DNA from: Takakia lepidozioides
Lineage: Eukaryota; Plantae; Bryophyta
Assembly: GCA_030704615.1 (NCBI GenBank)
Contig: CM060731.1
Location: 83,328,001-83,392,000, forward strand
Direction: 5' to 3'
Length of the DNA stretch: 64,000 bases
The notes under the pieces were generated by a model. It was not told where the DNA came from and did not search any database. It worked only from the letters and a program-made list of their open reading frames with translations. The position numbers were made by a program, and so were the translations under genes. This document shows positions 62,251-64,000 of the stretch, piece after piece (position 1 is the stretch's first letter; each line of letters begins with the position of its first letter).

Positions 62251-64000
62251 AGGGAGAGATCTTTAGGATTTCGTCCCGGTTTGTCGGAAGGAAATGTTGG
62301 TATTTCCTATCCATTGACTCATTGGTTATTGGAGCTCCACAACGAGGTGGAGTGCGGGGCAACTAAGTTGCAATAATCCAATGAAACTTCTCCAATGGGA
62401 ATAAGTCAGTAGGGCTCTTACCCACGTTATTGAACACCAAGGATAGATCTTGGGATGCGGGGCAACGCAGTTGCATTAAACAGGTGATTTGTTCTCCAGT
62501 GTGAATTTTCGGGTAGTTATTGGAATCCACAAGGATAGACCTTGGGATGCAGGGCACATAGAGTGCAATAATCTAACCCACGTTGTAGAATTAGAATGTG
62601 TTTGATATGGCATAAGCTATGAAAGCTATGACCATCCAATTGCCAAGTAGAAGACTTCATACGTCGTCGTTACTAATCATGTGTTGTGAGTTTCTTTTCT
62701 TCTTCACCAAGTGAAGAACCACAGGTGCAAGAATGGGAACAATGGGTTGGCTAATATATGCACTCTTGTTCAATGCACACTGTCGATCATCATTTGTTTC
62801 TTTTATCACATACTATATTTGTGTCTGCTCAAGCATATCTCTAGAAAAAATAAATGTTTGTTGTATCAAGCATTCTGCAGTATACTGATGCACCCTGCAT
62901 GGAGCACAACGACTTCCCGCACGGGGATTCTAACCTTAAGTCTTTTGTTATTTTCACCTTACCCCGCTGCAACATTTCTCGTAGAGAGAGAAAAGTCAGA
63001 AGCAGTGAGGGGGTAAAAGGCGAGTTGTAGAGCAGTGGTTGCTGCTCCCCTCACAAGAGTGAAGGGCGTCAGGCACAGGAAAACCCAGAAGGGCCTCTGA
63101 CCTATTTTCAGTAGATAGAAGGATACGCTGTTCCAGAGTATGGTCCTCTGAGGTTTAAAAAAGATCCAATCATTTTCAAGTCAAGAATTTCATCATGAGC
63201 TCTGCGAAATCCATGAGAGGTCCCTGCGAGTCATGAACATAGTTAGATTGTAGTTAGAAATGGTACGTCTATTTCATGGGTAGGGTCCTCGGGTATCCAA
63301 TCTTTTCTGTTGACACGGGAGTCACTGGCTAGTACTCCCAGAAGCATCATGTTTAGGAGCTTTTAGACCCTTCCGGATTCGAGTCGAGGTCGTAGTCCAC
63401 ATTGAGCGATTTACCATGAGCTGTGCAAAACCAGGAGAGGTCCCTGCAAGCCATGTCAAGTAGTGTAGAACCAAAGTCCTTCCAAGGCTATTTTAGAGTA
63501 GAATCATCAATTTGCACCGCGCATATATCTCTTACATCATCTAGGGAATTCGAACCCAATCCGGTGGGGGAGAATGGCGGTTTTGAAGTATTTTTTATCT
63601 GGGAACTCCAACTCTCTCCGAAGAGGGCGAGTTGGGGGGTTTTGAAATATTTTTTGGATTTTGCTTTTTATTTTTCCTCCTCTCTCCCGGAAGACTTGAA
63701 CTCTTTCCGAGGAGGAAGAGCCTAAGGGGAATTATTCTCTCATCTTTTTCAAGGGAGTCGTTGACTCCAAGGGATATCACGGATACCCTAGTAGGAGGAT
63801 TTTACGAACCAGAGATCCTGGATTCTCTTACACTCGGGACGAGTGTTCATCATTGGTCGCCATATATGTAGATGCATATATTGGTACACTTTTCTTTTCA
63901 TATCGTATTTTATCATAAGACAAGCGGTTTCGACATTGTACTGCAAAAAATAGGGTGGTTTGTTAGTTATCTGGAAATCGTTGGTAAAGCACGTAGGAAA

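Noticed and set aside
62250-64000. 3' region or LTR of element E, or a host gene
   Set aside because: Only short ORFs without motifs; no clear PPT-TG boundary or partner repeat in the window, so left unassigned.

Overview
Eukaryotic, entirely transposon-derived window. The host is probably a non-seed land plant (inferred from plant-type Ty3/Gypsy domains and short GT-AG introns). No host gene, RNA gene or true CRISPR-Cas locus was seen. Most of the window is a nest of Ty3/Gypsy LTR retrotransposons. Four copies belong to one non-chromovirus family: A 1-3551; B 18131-23507 plus 33861-35425; C 23508-33855 on the minus strand with TSD GAGGT; and the full-length F 42466-55900 with TSD GTCCC. There is also a decayed chromovirus D (minus strand, 37720-58097, split by F) and a second decayed non-chromovirus E (about 35426-37719 plus 58098-62250, split by D). 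The standout is a >14.5-kb Mutator-like (MULE) DNA transposon at 3552-18130. Besides a GCM/WRKY-like + DDE + SWIM transposase, it carries (i) a spliced gene fusing a ParB/Srx-like domain (DGNHR) to a beta-class N4/N6 DNA methyltransferase-like domain, (ii) a head-to-head pair of paralogous orphan genes, and (iii) about 45 copies of a 22-bp palindrome GGAAATGCGGYRCCGCATTTCC. The palindrome occurs only in non-coding DNA: two helically phased arrays (one with a strict 53-bp period) and single copies in three introns and in intergenic gaps. This looks like a transposon-encoded ParB/parS-like or VANDAL/VANC-like self-recognition and epigenetic-marking system; that function is a hypothesis. Many 1-bp frameshifts look like long-read consensus errors. 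All motif calls were made by eye, without database searches.
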